Assembly: GCA_040437565.1 (NCBI GenBank)
Contig: JBDOQK010000016.1
Span: 186,001 to 250,000, forward strand
Origin: Albugo candida
Taxonomy: Eukaryota
Direction: 5' to 3'
Length of the DNA stretch: 64,000 nucleotides
Made by a program: the position numbers and the translations under genes. Shown here piece by piece: positions 1 through 10,763 of the stretch (its first letter is position 1; every line of letters starts with the position of its first letter). The notes under the pieces are model-generated. The model did not search any database. It was given only the letters and a program-made list of their open reading frames with translations, and was not told where the DNA came from.

Positions 1-2089
1 GAGTTCTATCTTAATAGTAACGAAAATGATAATATGACAACGTTTTAGCAACCTGTCTTTGCTGCAACATTTTGCCAGCATAATCCGACGTATTGCACCA
101 GTTTTCAAGCCAAACCTCCTCTTACTTGGGCTAGAACTATGTATATTTTAGCAAGTATGCAAACAACAACCGCGGCTACAATTGCTCATCGTGTCTCCAA
201 GGCAGCAAGGCTGACAAAGCGACGCGAATCACAGCCTCGCGTGACCACTATCTGAAGCTGTCTCTGCTANNNNNNNNNNNNNNNNNNNNNNNNNNNNNNN
301 NNNNNNNNNNNNNNNNNNNNNNNNNNNNNNNNNNNNNNNNNNNNNNNNNNNNNNNNNNNNNNNNNNNNNTATTGCACCAGTTTTCAAGCCAAACCTCCTC
401 TTACTTGGGCTAGAACTATGTATATTTTAGCAAGTATGCAAACAACAACCGCGGCTACAATTGCTCATCGTGTCTCCAAGGCAGCAAGGCTGACAAAGCG
501 ACGCGAATCACAGCCTCGCGTGACCACTATCTGAAGCTGTCTCTGCTACAATAGCAGAACTTCTAGCTTGCATGTATCGTTCATTTTTCCCACGCATCAT
601 TTTCATTCTTTTTCGAAGTATCCGTGCTTGACGATTCCATATATGCTCTTTGTTTGTTTTTGCCACCTTGGAAATAAGTATTTGTCTAAGTGAGTAATGT
701 AGCCTTTTGATCGTTTTCCAGAACTCTTCAGGTAATTAGTCTAATCCAAATACTACCTGCTTGAGAAAAAAGATCTCTTTGTCTTTATCTGCTTAGAGTA
801 ATGAGATTCGACTCACCATTCTAATCTTACCAATTATCAGCATGTCTACATTAGTTTTAGCTCCCATAAGTCTCGCACATGCGTACATTCTTCGCAACAT
901 GCGAATGATATGATTAACACGTTCAACTAAAAATCATCAACTTGCTTCTGTTTCACTCTATGCTCATCGTTCACTTCAAAAGAGCCACTATCTTATCCGA
1001 CATAACATCATCACACAGACTTTGTTTTTAATATGATGTCTCTATTGCACGTTATGCTTCTCGTGGATGTATAAAGTCATCCATGCGCTTTACTGCACTC
1101 AGCACACGTCTGTGATGCTGTCGCGCATTGTCCGTTCAAATTACTTCCGATTCATTTTCTAGTGCTTCCTTAGCTATTTGGTTTTAATACTCTTAGCGTT
1201 TTTTTATCAATAGTTGCGCTTGAAGGACGTAATGAAGGCTACTAGTAGCCACTCCACCTTACTACTTTTAGCTGACAATATGCATTGACTCATAGATCAA
1301 CAGCACTGACGAGCTTATCTCAGTTGAGCAGGACGTGCAATAAATTTGTACGATAGCTGGTCACCATCAACAAATCGTGTTGCATCAAAACTTGTAGACT
1401 AATTCATATATCTATCGCGGTGCTACGATACACCGATCTATCGCTCTTGAGCAATTTCTAGCATCGCTCTTTAAGTGGTTTGATTCTTTACAGCGACTTC
1501 CTGATGCTTTAGACTAGCTCAGATTACGTTGCAATGTAATGCAACACGCTTCGTATTCTCCGCTGTCGAAAACGTTGATCATATTAAAGTGCTGCTTGCA
1601 AGATAAGTGTACATGGTTAGACATCCTTCGTAATGACGCTTGATCACTGCTATAAGCGTAAGCACTAAGGACTGACAACTCATCGAATAAAACCACGTTA
1701 AAATCTGTCCAGATGATTTTGCTCACTCACGTGTTACATTTCCGCATTAATTGATACCTGGCTGATGAGGCATTTCGTATTTTTGAAAGCTGACATACTT
1801 TAAAAGAGCTAGCTTTCTACCGATCGTACTTTTTTGGAAGAAAGCTTTTCAATATACGAGTAGGATTCGACTGTTGTACACGTCTGTAAGCCTGTCCGTT
1901 CTCGGCACATGGCTAGTGGGAGCAACACCGTCAGCAATTACGTACTGTTTTGTTAGCACCACGAAAGTAGGATTTTCGGCCAGCTATTGCGATTCGGCAA
2001 AGTGTTCTAAATCTTTTGGAGTGAGAGTTGCTTGACTTTGAGATTGTATTAAATCATTCTATAAGTGCATCGGCCTGCTCCTTTCATTC

Positions 2090-3184
2090 TCACTGGGTTT
2101 GATTCGATGAAAGTTTGCGTTTTCTTCCAATTGCTTTTGGGTCTTTGCCGGGATGCGAATTATTCGGACTTCGTATGAGTTCCATCAGCTTGGTTTGACT
2201 TTTTTGTAACTCTTCGATTTTATTCGTGAGATGGTCGAGACGACTTTCTACCCGCTTGACAAAATTTTCAAAAGGAAATTGTTGTGGGCTATAACTTGGA
2301 CCACACTGGGACACTTGCAATGCTTGATGAGGTGTGTAGCTGCCTTGTTTTAGTTGATCGTTAGATGAAACGTGTAAATGTTGCTGCTGCGTTTGGTTTG
2401 CTCGATGGATACTATTCATTTCTTCTACACTATATTGTGGGTTTGGATTCTGGGCCATCATCTCTACCCCAGACTGTGCACTGCTGAGATGTTGCGGTCT
2501 TCCTGTTGATATTTGATGTCCATGCACACCTTCCGAAAGTTGGTGCTTCTGGACTGCATACCCAGAGTACGCTGTATGCGATACAATCCCTCCCGTCACA
2601 TTTCTCTGATGCGATTTTGTGGATGCTGAATAAGATTGCATGATAGCATCCACTTGTTGCGTCTGGGAATTAGTCAATGGAATCGGTGAATTCTGTTGAG
2701 GATATGGTGCTCCATACCCTCGGACTAGATAAGTGTCCTTCGCCGAAGACGAATTCGGAGTCAGTGTATCCAACTGCGTTACGCTCATATTCGATTCCAA
2801 CGGTTCGTCCATACATTCTATGCAGATATTAGAGCCTATCGCGTTCGGCGCCGATGAATTGCTCAATACCAAAGTACTGTTTACAATAGGTAGTTGCTTC
2901 AGAGAAGTGCTTCCATTTTTCATTACCATATCACCATTTCCAACAGCGTTCTTATTGGATGGCTCTAAGATGTCATTCTGATTTTTCTTCCCAGTCAACG
3001 TGGGATCATCATCGTTTTCTTCTTGGCGAGCTATTTCGTATTTTCTTCGATGCAGTACAGTGTACTCTTCGCCTTGCCTGAGATGACTTCGCGAGAAATG
3101 CAACTTGAATTTCTGTGTTCTCATTAACTTGTTGCATCCTGGATATACGCATATAATCCCATTTTTGTGCTTATTTCCGGTCAT
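2090..3184 (-). CDS. Hypothetical nuclear protein: N-terminal atypical C2H2 zinc finger, Q/S/H-rich middle, C-terminal coiled coil and basic NLS
   Basis: Intronless ORF of about 364 aa with first ATG at 3184. Motif CVYPGC-x11-HFSRSH, heptad-like FVKRVESRLDHLTNKIEELQKSQTKLMELI, and RKRK near the C-terminus. Confidence 0.7.
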   Translation of the reverse strand: MTGNKHKNGIICVYPGCNKLMRTQKFKLHFSRSHLRQGEEYTVLHRRKYEIARQEENDDDPTLTGKKNQNDILEPSNKNAVGNGDMVMKNGSTSLKQLPIVNSTLVLSNSSAPNAIGSNICIECMDEPLESNMSVTQLDTLTPNSSSAKDTYLVRGYGAPYPQQNSPIPLTNSQTQQVDAIMQSYSASTKSHQRNVTGGIVSHTAYSGYAVQKHQLSEGVHGHQISTGRPQHLSSAQSGVEMMAQNPNPQYSVEEMNSIHRANQTQQQHLHVSSNDQLKQGSYTPHQALQVSQCGPSYSPQQFPFENFVKRVESRLDHLTNKIEELQKSQTKLMELIRSPNNSHPGKDPKAIGRKRKLSSNQTQ

Positions 3185-3605
3185 CAACGCTATCCGAGCA
3201 CAAATTCAATGCTAAGATGCTTCCCGCCACAAAAAAAGGTTGAAGTTGTTTGGTTACGCAACGGGTACCCTANNNNNNNNNNNNNNNNNNNNNNNNNNNN
3301 NNNNNNNNNNNNNNNNNNNNNNNNNNNNNNNNNNNNNNNNNNNNNNNNNNNNNNNNNNNNNNNNNNNNNNNNACTTGTTGCATCCTGGATATACGCATAT
3401 AATCCCATTTTTGTGCTTATTTCCGGTCATCAACGCTATCCGAGCACAAATTCAATGCTAAGATGCTTCCCGCCACAAAAAAAGGTTGAAGTTGTTTGGT
3501 TACGCAACGGGTACCCTATTCGTTAGGGTGTAACCACGGCAAAATGGTTGGTTAAACAATTCGCAATATTTGAGCGGCTATAACGGTAATAAATGCAGTT
3601 TCGGA

Positions 3606-5828
3606 ATGGCTAGCACTTCATGCTCGGATCCGATTGAGCTCAGAAACTTATCTGCCAATGCTCAAGAGATCCGTGATGCTGTACACCAATTAAAACTTCG
3701 CGGTCTACGACAGAGCTGTAAATTTCTCTCTGAGTTGCTCATTGGCATCCCACAAGCAAATCGAAATGATAGTGAAACACAGTCAATGGCAACGCGTAAA
3801 GTATGGACAGACAATTGGTCTGAATTGGATCGGTATGAAGCAGCCAAAGCAGCATTCGATTTGGGTGAATATTTGCGTGCGAATTATATTCTGAAAGCAA
3901 TAGAGGATCGAGAGCCTAGCTGTAGAACCCCCGATGAATTCCTGTCGCTGTATGCGCTTTACTTGGCGGGTGAAAAGACACGAGAGGAAAAGCTTTTGGT
4001 CGCTAATGCCAAGTTCTTGGGACATAATGCAGTGGAATGTACCCAAAGTACACNNNNNNNNNNNNNNNNNNNNNNNNNNNNNNNNNNNNNNNNNNNNNNN
4101 NNNNNNNNNNNNNNNNNNNNNNNNNNNNNNNNNNNNNNNNNNNNNNNNNNNNNAGTATGGACAGACAATTGGTCTGAATTGGATCGGTATGAAGCAGCCA
4201 AAGCAGCATTCGATTTGGGTGAATATTTGCGTGCGAATTATATTCTGAAAGCAATAGAGGATCGAGAGCCTAGCTGTAGAACCCCCGATGAATTCCTGTC
4301 GCTGTATGCGCTTTACTTGGCGGGTGAAAAGACACGAGAGGAGAAGCTTTTGGTCGCTAATGCCAAGTTCTTGGGACATAATGCAGTGGAATGTACCCAA
4401 AGTACACCGAAAACGGATGTTTCAGTGATTCAAGTATGTAATCCGCACCTTGAAACACTTATAAGACGCTTGGAGATAGCACATGTAGCCCAATGCCTCG
4501 ACGGATTTGGTTTATATCTGTATGGTGTGGTTCTAAGACAACTTGGTAGCGAGGAACGTATAAAGAAAGCTCGAAAAGTATTACTATCCTCAATTATTGC
4601 TTTTCCTTTGAATTGGGCAGCTTGGATGGAACTCGCATTAACAGATGCGACATTATCAGCTGATGAAGAAATAATATTGAGAGAAAACAAGTGTCCATCG
4701 TTCATACAGGAGCTTTTCCAGGCTCATGTATGCATAGAGCAACAAGAACTCTCACAAGCTCATGAGCGAATATTTCGTCTGAATGAAATATTCTCGGAAA
4801 GCTTGTACCTAGCTTCTCAACAAGCTCTCATCTATTACCATGCAAGAGATTTTGTTCAGTCGAAAAATGCCTTCGAGCAACTTATTTTAAAGGATCCTCA
4901 CTGGATCGAGTCTCTAGATGTTTATTCCAACGTCTTGTATGTAAAGGAAGAGAAAGCACAACTTTCACAACTCGCTCATCGGCTGTATGAAATTGAAAAG
5001 TATCGACCAGAGACCTGCGTGGTTGTGGGGAATTACTATTCTCTTCAAAATAAGCACGATCGAGCAATATTATACTATTATCGAGCTCTTAAGCTGGACC
5101 CAAGCTTCTTATCTGCCTGGACTCTGATCGGTCACGAGTATATCGAATTGAAAAATACGGATTCAGCAATCGAAGCGTATCGCCGTGCCGTGGACTTGAA
5201 TGCTCGCGATTATCGAGCTTGGTATGGTTTAGGACAAGCCTATGAGATATTGCAAATGTTTTCGTACAGTCTCTATTATTATCGGAAAGCTTCTAGTGTC
5301 CGACCACATGACGCTCGAATGTGGAATGCATTGGGCGGCTGCTTTGAGAAACTGGGTAAAGTCCAAGACGCAGTCGCATGCTTCCGTCGTGCAGTTGATA
5401 ATCAAGATGCAGAAGGCCTGGCATCATTCCATCTTGGTCGTATTTATATGCAGCAGCAGGAGACAGAGAAAGCAGTCGCGTACTTTCAAATCTACCTCGG
5501 CATCCAACCACTGAATCACCAAGAGAATACATCCCTAGGAAGCGAAGCTCAAACTGAGTTTTTTGAAAAACTGCAGCAGCTTCGTGTCGATACGGTCCCG
5601 GCAATCACCGCTATATTGTATCTTGCGGAGTATAACAAACAGAAAAAGAGGTATCGATCGGCAAAACTGCTTTGTCAGAGTCTTCTAGATCTTGAAGGGC
5701 CAGAAAAGGAAGAAGCTAAAGCTCTTTTGCGTGAAATTCGGAGTCTTGAGTCTACTTTGGGTCAGATTTCTGAAGACAGCTCCGAAGATGCTCTTGATGA
5801 CTCAATGAGTATGGAAATGGATGCTTGA
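3606..5828 (+). CDS. CDC23: Anaphase-promoting complex subunit 8 (CDC23/APC8), TPR protein
   Basis: APC8 N-terminus (LKLRGLRQSCKFLSELL, LDGFGLYLYGVVL, FPLNWAAW) and TPR motifs KYRPETCVVVGNYYSL, AWTLIGHEYIELKN, DYRAWYGLGQAYE. The ORF includes an artefactual 118-codon duplication-plus-gap insertion around gap 4054-4153. Confidence 0.95.
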   Translation: MASTSCSDPIELRNLSANAQEIRDAVHQLKLRGLRQSCKFLSELLIGIPQANRNDSETQSMATRKVWTDNWSELDRYEAAKAAFDLGEYLRANYILKAIEDREPSCRTPDEFLSLYALYLAGEKTREEKLLVANAKFLGHNAVECTQSTXXXXXXXXXXXXXXXXXXXXXXXXXXXXXXXXXXVWTDNWSELDRYEAAKAAFDLGEYLRANYILKAIEDREPSCRTPDEFLSLYALYLAGEKTREEKLLVANAKFLGHNAVECTQSTPKTDVSVIQVCNPHLETLIRRLEIAHVAQCLDGFGLYLYGVVLRQLGSEERIKKARKVLLSSIIAFPLNWAAWMELALTDATLSADEEIILRENKCPSFIQELFQAHVCIEQQELSQAHERIFRLNEIFSESLYLASQQALIYYHARDFVQSKNAFEQLILKDPHWIESLDVYSNVLYVKEEKAQLSQLAHRLYEIEKYRPETCVVVGNYYSLQNKHDRAILYYYRALKLDPSFLSAWTLIGHEYIELKNTDSAIEAYRRAVDLNARDYRAWYGLGQAYEILQMFSYSLYYYRKASSVRPHDARMWNALGGCFEKLGKVQDAVACFRRAVDNQDAEGLASFHLGRIYMQQQETEKAVAYFQIYLGIQPLNHQENTSLGSEAQTEFFEKLQQLRVDTVPAITAILYLAEYNKQKKRYRSAKLLCQSLLDLEGPEKEEAKALLREIRSLESTLGQISEDSSEDALDDSMSMEMDA

Positions 5829-8022
5829 GTTGAATTACAGAATCGATTATACTTTCGGCAACAGCATCGTTCATATTTGACGATTCTCGCAGTCACTTTG
5901 AGTGTGAAATAGTGCTCTTTTGCTGGGCCAAGCTCTATTCGTGACTAAGTTGTGCCACCCAGTTTTGAAACAAGAATGGAGTGATATTCACACGGTCAAG
6001 GGCTGATGACAGAATAAGGAAGTACTTGAAAAAGAATCAGATAAACAATGTAATGGAATCCTTGAAACAATAGATTAAGCCTCTGAAACAAAACCGTACA
6101 AAATGGGGACAAGTAATAAGGAGGATTTGTTGAAGTCGCATAATATCGAGAACATTAAACGGGAGAAAGTTGCAAAGTTCTTTCGGCAACTGAAGTAGTC
6201 CATTTAAGCTGCACGATTGATCTGCAATGTCGGTCAAAACCTGAGAAGCGAGCAAATAGAGGGCCAATGTCGATTATTCTCCAATATAAAAAGCTAGAAA
6301 AATTACAGAAATCCCTGGCGGGAAGCATCATTCCTGGACTTGAGCGTGTGAACGGTTGGTTTATTAGTCGTTTGAAACGAGAAAACAAGCGAAGAGGCCG
6401 ATGACTACGTGTTGCTGAGTCTTGAATACGAGATCTGTGGCCATTTACCATGGACAATGACTTGCTGCATACGAAATGGGAACGCGCACAGAAAATCACC
6501 TTGTATTGCTATTTGACCGATCACTGGCGCGTAGAAGCGTAAATCGGTGACTGCTGGTAATTCTAAACATTTAAGATGGCCCTTTGATCGACAAAATAGG
6601 GTTGCTTGCAGACTTAATTGGGCCAAGACTGGATCATATGATGAATTGGCCTGTACACACTCATGAACAAGAGAATCCGTCATGCGCGCTTGTATTCTAT
6701 CCTGATTGCATAGCAATAGACTTTCATGACGCCTATGGTCGCAGATGGTAGGGATCCCCGTTTCAGCCCGAGGGTCTTATATACACATAAAAAACGGGAT
6801 ATGTGGGCAAAGTGGCTCGTACATGAGACAATTTACAAAGACTGTCGAGCATCACAGACCTAACTCATACCCTAGTATCCTGTGACCGAGAGCTGCATGG
6901 CCACGCACTCCGTGCAGACATAATGCATGGTAAAGAATTTCCACAAGAGAAAGTGATTCTTAGTTCCTACATCAGGCACTGATGCTTAATTTGTTTCCTA
7001 TTTCTAGTGTTATCATAATTCCAGAAAAGAGGTGCCGTCTCGATCACAACTCGGCTTTTGGCTACAAGTGAACACTCAACACAGGGCTCTTCTTCAGCCC
7101 TTGTCAACAATGTGCCATCACATTTTATTTTTGCGTACGTAGTGTGCATTTATCTCTTTAAGGAGAGAAACAGAGAGCAATCACGTGCGTGATTACCGGT
7201 ACGAAATGTTAGACATCTCATGCAGTCGCGTTGATGAGCATATCCGGGGGGGTTCATTCGCAGGTTGATTATCAATGCAGCCAGATGTCGTGCTTTCTCG
7301 CGTTGATGTGGTGGTGGCAATACTAACATAGCTGTGCTGAGTTATTTCCTACTTATGTATTAACAACACTACAGCCCGCGCTTGAAAACAAAAGGAAAAA
7401 ACAAGACCCCGAACACAGGTCCTTGAGCTACTTGAAGCCATCCCAAAATGTGCAATCTGCTTGTACCTAGCACACAGCTTGCTCACTTTAGCACACGTTT
7501 GGCGGAATAGAACTATGCGTGCGCATACTCTGGGGTGCGATGTATTATCATCCTTNNNNNNNNNNNNNNNNNNNNNNNNNNNNNNNNNNNNNNNNNNNNN
7601 NNNNNNNNNNNNNNNNNNNNNNNNNNNNNNNNNNNNNNNNNNNNNNNNNNNNNNNAAAAAACAAGACCCCGAACACAGGTCCTTGAGCTACTTGAAGCCA
7701 TCCCAAAATGTGCAATCTGCTTGTACCTAGCACACAGCTTGCTCACTTTAGCACACGTTTGGCGGAATAGAACTATGCGTGCGCATACTCTGGGGTGCGA
7801 TGTATTATCATCCTTCAGATCTTTGCCATCATCTAAATCTCAAACTTCTTGTTTCAAAGGTGTATCCAAGTCATTATTGTACTAGTAATAGATTGACTAT
7901 TATTGACTATACACAAGTAGTGGGTTTAAAGAAGATAACTGAGTCGCTCGCTCACATTTAGATGACTTGCAGTTGCGAACATTATAGCAAATCACTCTAA
8001 AGTAGCCGCGTGCGGAGTAGAG

Positions 8023-8027
8023 AAAAA
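8023..8027 (-). terminator. Pol III T5 terminator of tRNA-Gly
   Basis: AAAAA on + (TTTTT on -) immediately 3' of the tRNA discriminator base. Confidence 0.75.
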
Positions 8028-8099
8028 TGCGCCGTCGGGGAATTGAACCCCGACCTCATCCTTGGAAGGGACGAATCCTAACCATTAGACCAACGGCGC
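8028..8099 (-). tRNA. tRNA-Gly (anticodon TCC)
   Basis: Reverse complement GCGCCGT TG GTCTAATGGTTAGGAT T CGTCC CTTCCAA GGATG AGGT CGGGG TTCAATT CCCCG ACGGCGC A: 7-bp acceptor stem, anticodon loop CT-TCC-AA and T-loop TTCAATT, followed directly by TTTTT. Confidence 0.97.
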
Positions 8100-8500
8100 T
8101 GCACGTACGGATGGTGTGTTAAAGATTTTTTTGAAAGCCTATTTTATTCAAAAGGCTATTCATACTATGCACAGCATTCATGAAAAGAAACGTCTTCATG
8201 TACACTTCTGCTATACCAAAGACCATTTGGCCGTGAAAGAGACACTTGTGTTCTTTTACCAGACCCCATCAGCAAACTTGACAACTTGCCAAACCCTTCG
8301 TTTACGCATTTCTTGATCAATCTCGAACGAATCTAGCTATCAGACACTCCTGCTCGCAGAATGTAACTTATTTAATCTTGACGACTTTAGTAGCATAAGT
8401 ACGAAGACCGCGTTGATGTGAATAGAACTAACTTGTCAACGTATTTTCTGACGAAATTCGATAGATCATTAGTTCTACCAACGCAAGTATTATAAGTCGT

Positions 8501-10348
8501 CTAATGTATCCCTCGTTTCCGTTTCAAGATAGTACTTGCTCTTTCTCGAGCCTTACTACTAACAAGTTTTAAAATCTTCAACACGCCAGTCGTTATGCCT
8601 AAAGATCGCATTTCCTTGATCGTCATCCATCGGAGACTACTTTCATTGTCCAATTGAAACGAAGGTTTTCCTGAAAACTGAATGTGTTCAATTCCCATGT
8701 GGTGTTTCACGTGAGAAAATACGTGGGTCAATGATCCGAGATCGAGGCGCTGCAGTGTCAGTCGTTTGTCAGCATCGGCATTCCACTTGAATGTTGAGCA
8801 TAGCTCCTCGTCAATGCGTTCCTGCCGTGATTCAAACGGTGCAATATCAGTGCCATCACCCATCTGTGCAGGAGTTTGAACTCGTCAAACAGATCAGTGA
8901 TCGGAGTAAAGCTAACTTGCCTTCATATTGATGAATTCCCATTGTCCTGCCAGGAGAACCCCTTTCGGTCGTTTGCTCATCAGAAATCTCCAATTCGAAA
9001 GCTTGGATTGCAAAATAGAAGCAGAAGAGCTTTCCTTATCTGTATGCAAAGTCTCTTTGACTTTTTGCTGCTTTTCTTTCATATCGACAAAGGATAAAAC
9101 CGCGACGCATAGTTCCTCATTCCTACTTGCATTCTTCCGAGCTTTTAGAGGATACTGCAAGACATCCGAGATTTTAGTATCCCACTCCTGTTTCCTTGTG
9201 AAATCGCAAATATTGCATGAATCAGCATCCGATGAAGAGTACCCGCGTTTCCTGGCATACGCTAAGCATTCGTTTTTCAATGGACACTCTGTACATCGTG
9301 CTACCTGCCCAAATTCTCTTACTTAGATCAAAGTATATCGAGTAGAAGAGCAATTGCAACCTGCACACCACAAACTGTCGCACCAAGTTCCATGAGTGCC
9401 TGATTCAAGCTTCCCGGGCTGTCACACGATTCAACAAGACACTGCGCACGTTCCCTGTATAGCACAATTTACTATATGGACCTTTGTGTATGAAGTGTAT
9501 ACCAGGATAAATCAACCAGCTTTTTGTTCTTTGGATCCGCGCCAACTGCACGTAATCTAGCCATCACTCTGATGACATTCCCATCCACAAGAGGTTCTTT
9601 TTGGTCGAATGCGATGGATGCGATGGCGCCTGAAAACACTTTATATACCAATCTGTTGATGAAAAGGATTACACTTACCTGCTGTGTACCGACCGATTCC
9701 AGGGATTGTCAGCAATGCTTCTACACTCGACGGAAGTTCACCATCATAATGTTCCATAACGTATTTGGCTCCGGCATGTAGCATCCTAGCACGTCGATAA
9801 TAGCCGAGACCAGCCCACATCGAATTCACTTCCTAATCACGAATTAGCAAGAGTAATTCCATACATCACATGCAGCGCTTGACCTCCTCACTCGCGCTTG
9901 CCAATTGAGCAACTGTAGGAAATCTGCTAATCCATCGAGTGAAATAATCGATCACAGTATCCACCCGTGTTTGCTGCAACATGATTTCGGATACCCAAGT
10001 CTCATATGGGCTTACAGTTCGACTTTCGACAATAGCTTGATCCATAATAGGCTCTATTTTGACATTAGCACAGGGATCCTTCTGAAAGTAGGATTGAATG
10101 CTTCCTTTCTTATTGTCGCGCGCCGTATGTGCCGCTGTCGTCTTGTAGGGAGGTGGATCTCCTCGCCATGGTAAGTTCCGACGATGTGAGTCAAACCACT
10201 TCACAAGTTTTTCTCTAATAGCACACGCTTCTAACGCAGTAAACTGATGGCACTTGTCCGAATGTGGATGGAAACTAGATGTCGCGCTTGGGTGCACGCA
10301 ATCTTCTATATCGGGTTCAGTGCATTCTGACTTCATTTTTTCAGGCAT
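8501..10348 (-). CDS. MUTYH: A/G-specific adenine DNA glycosylase (MutY homolog), multi-exon
   Basis: [32 protein letters not shown]; HhH motif [17 protein letters not shown]; spliced [4Fe-4S] motif [22 protein letters not shown]-like C-terminal LLAGQWEF and HVFSHV. Confidence 0.95.
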
Positions 10349-10763
10349 AATCAATCTCCCGCCAAAATTATCGTGTTCCAGCCTTTAGTGGTCCTCAGCG
10401 TAGATGAAAAGGTAGTCAGCGGGATGGAGACAACAAACAATCGCTTGTTTGCTCATCAGCGCAAAGATAAGGAACGAAGCAGCAATCGAGAAATTAATAT
10501 ATGGGTCTCGAACATTTATATGCAATCACTTTATATCTCTTAAGGAAGCAAGTAGAGATCCAGCGCTCTAAGTAATCGCTCAATGTTGCGATAGTACGGA
10601 ATGAGTAAATGCCCACGTTATTGCCGATATGTGTCTCTACTTAACGTAAGAGATGCGTACGTCAGACCATGCCTGATACGCCATAGCTCGCGAAATCATT
10701 CTAATCGGCTGTCGATCGAAGAAGAGAGCGTTTTTGCGCTAAATCGCCCACGAGAACCTTCTT

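Noticed and set aside
1755-1820. CTGATGAG...GAAA resembling a hammerhead ribozyme core
   Set aside because: Stem II does not pair convincingly and I could not build stems I and III.
1-2089. Short ORFs and palindromes (e.g. GGCTACTAGTAGCC at 1237-1250) in the first 2 kb
   Set aside because: No recognisable protein motif or consistent splice model, and isolated short palindromes are expected by chance.
7231-7340. TGATGA...CATTCGCAG...CTGA resembling a C/D snoRNA (U14 domain A-like)
   Set aside because: U14 domain B is absent, there is no terminal stem, and TCATTCGC fits an Inr-like element equally well.
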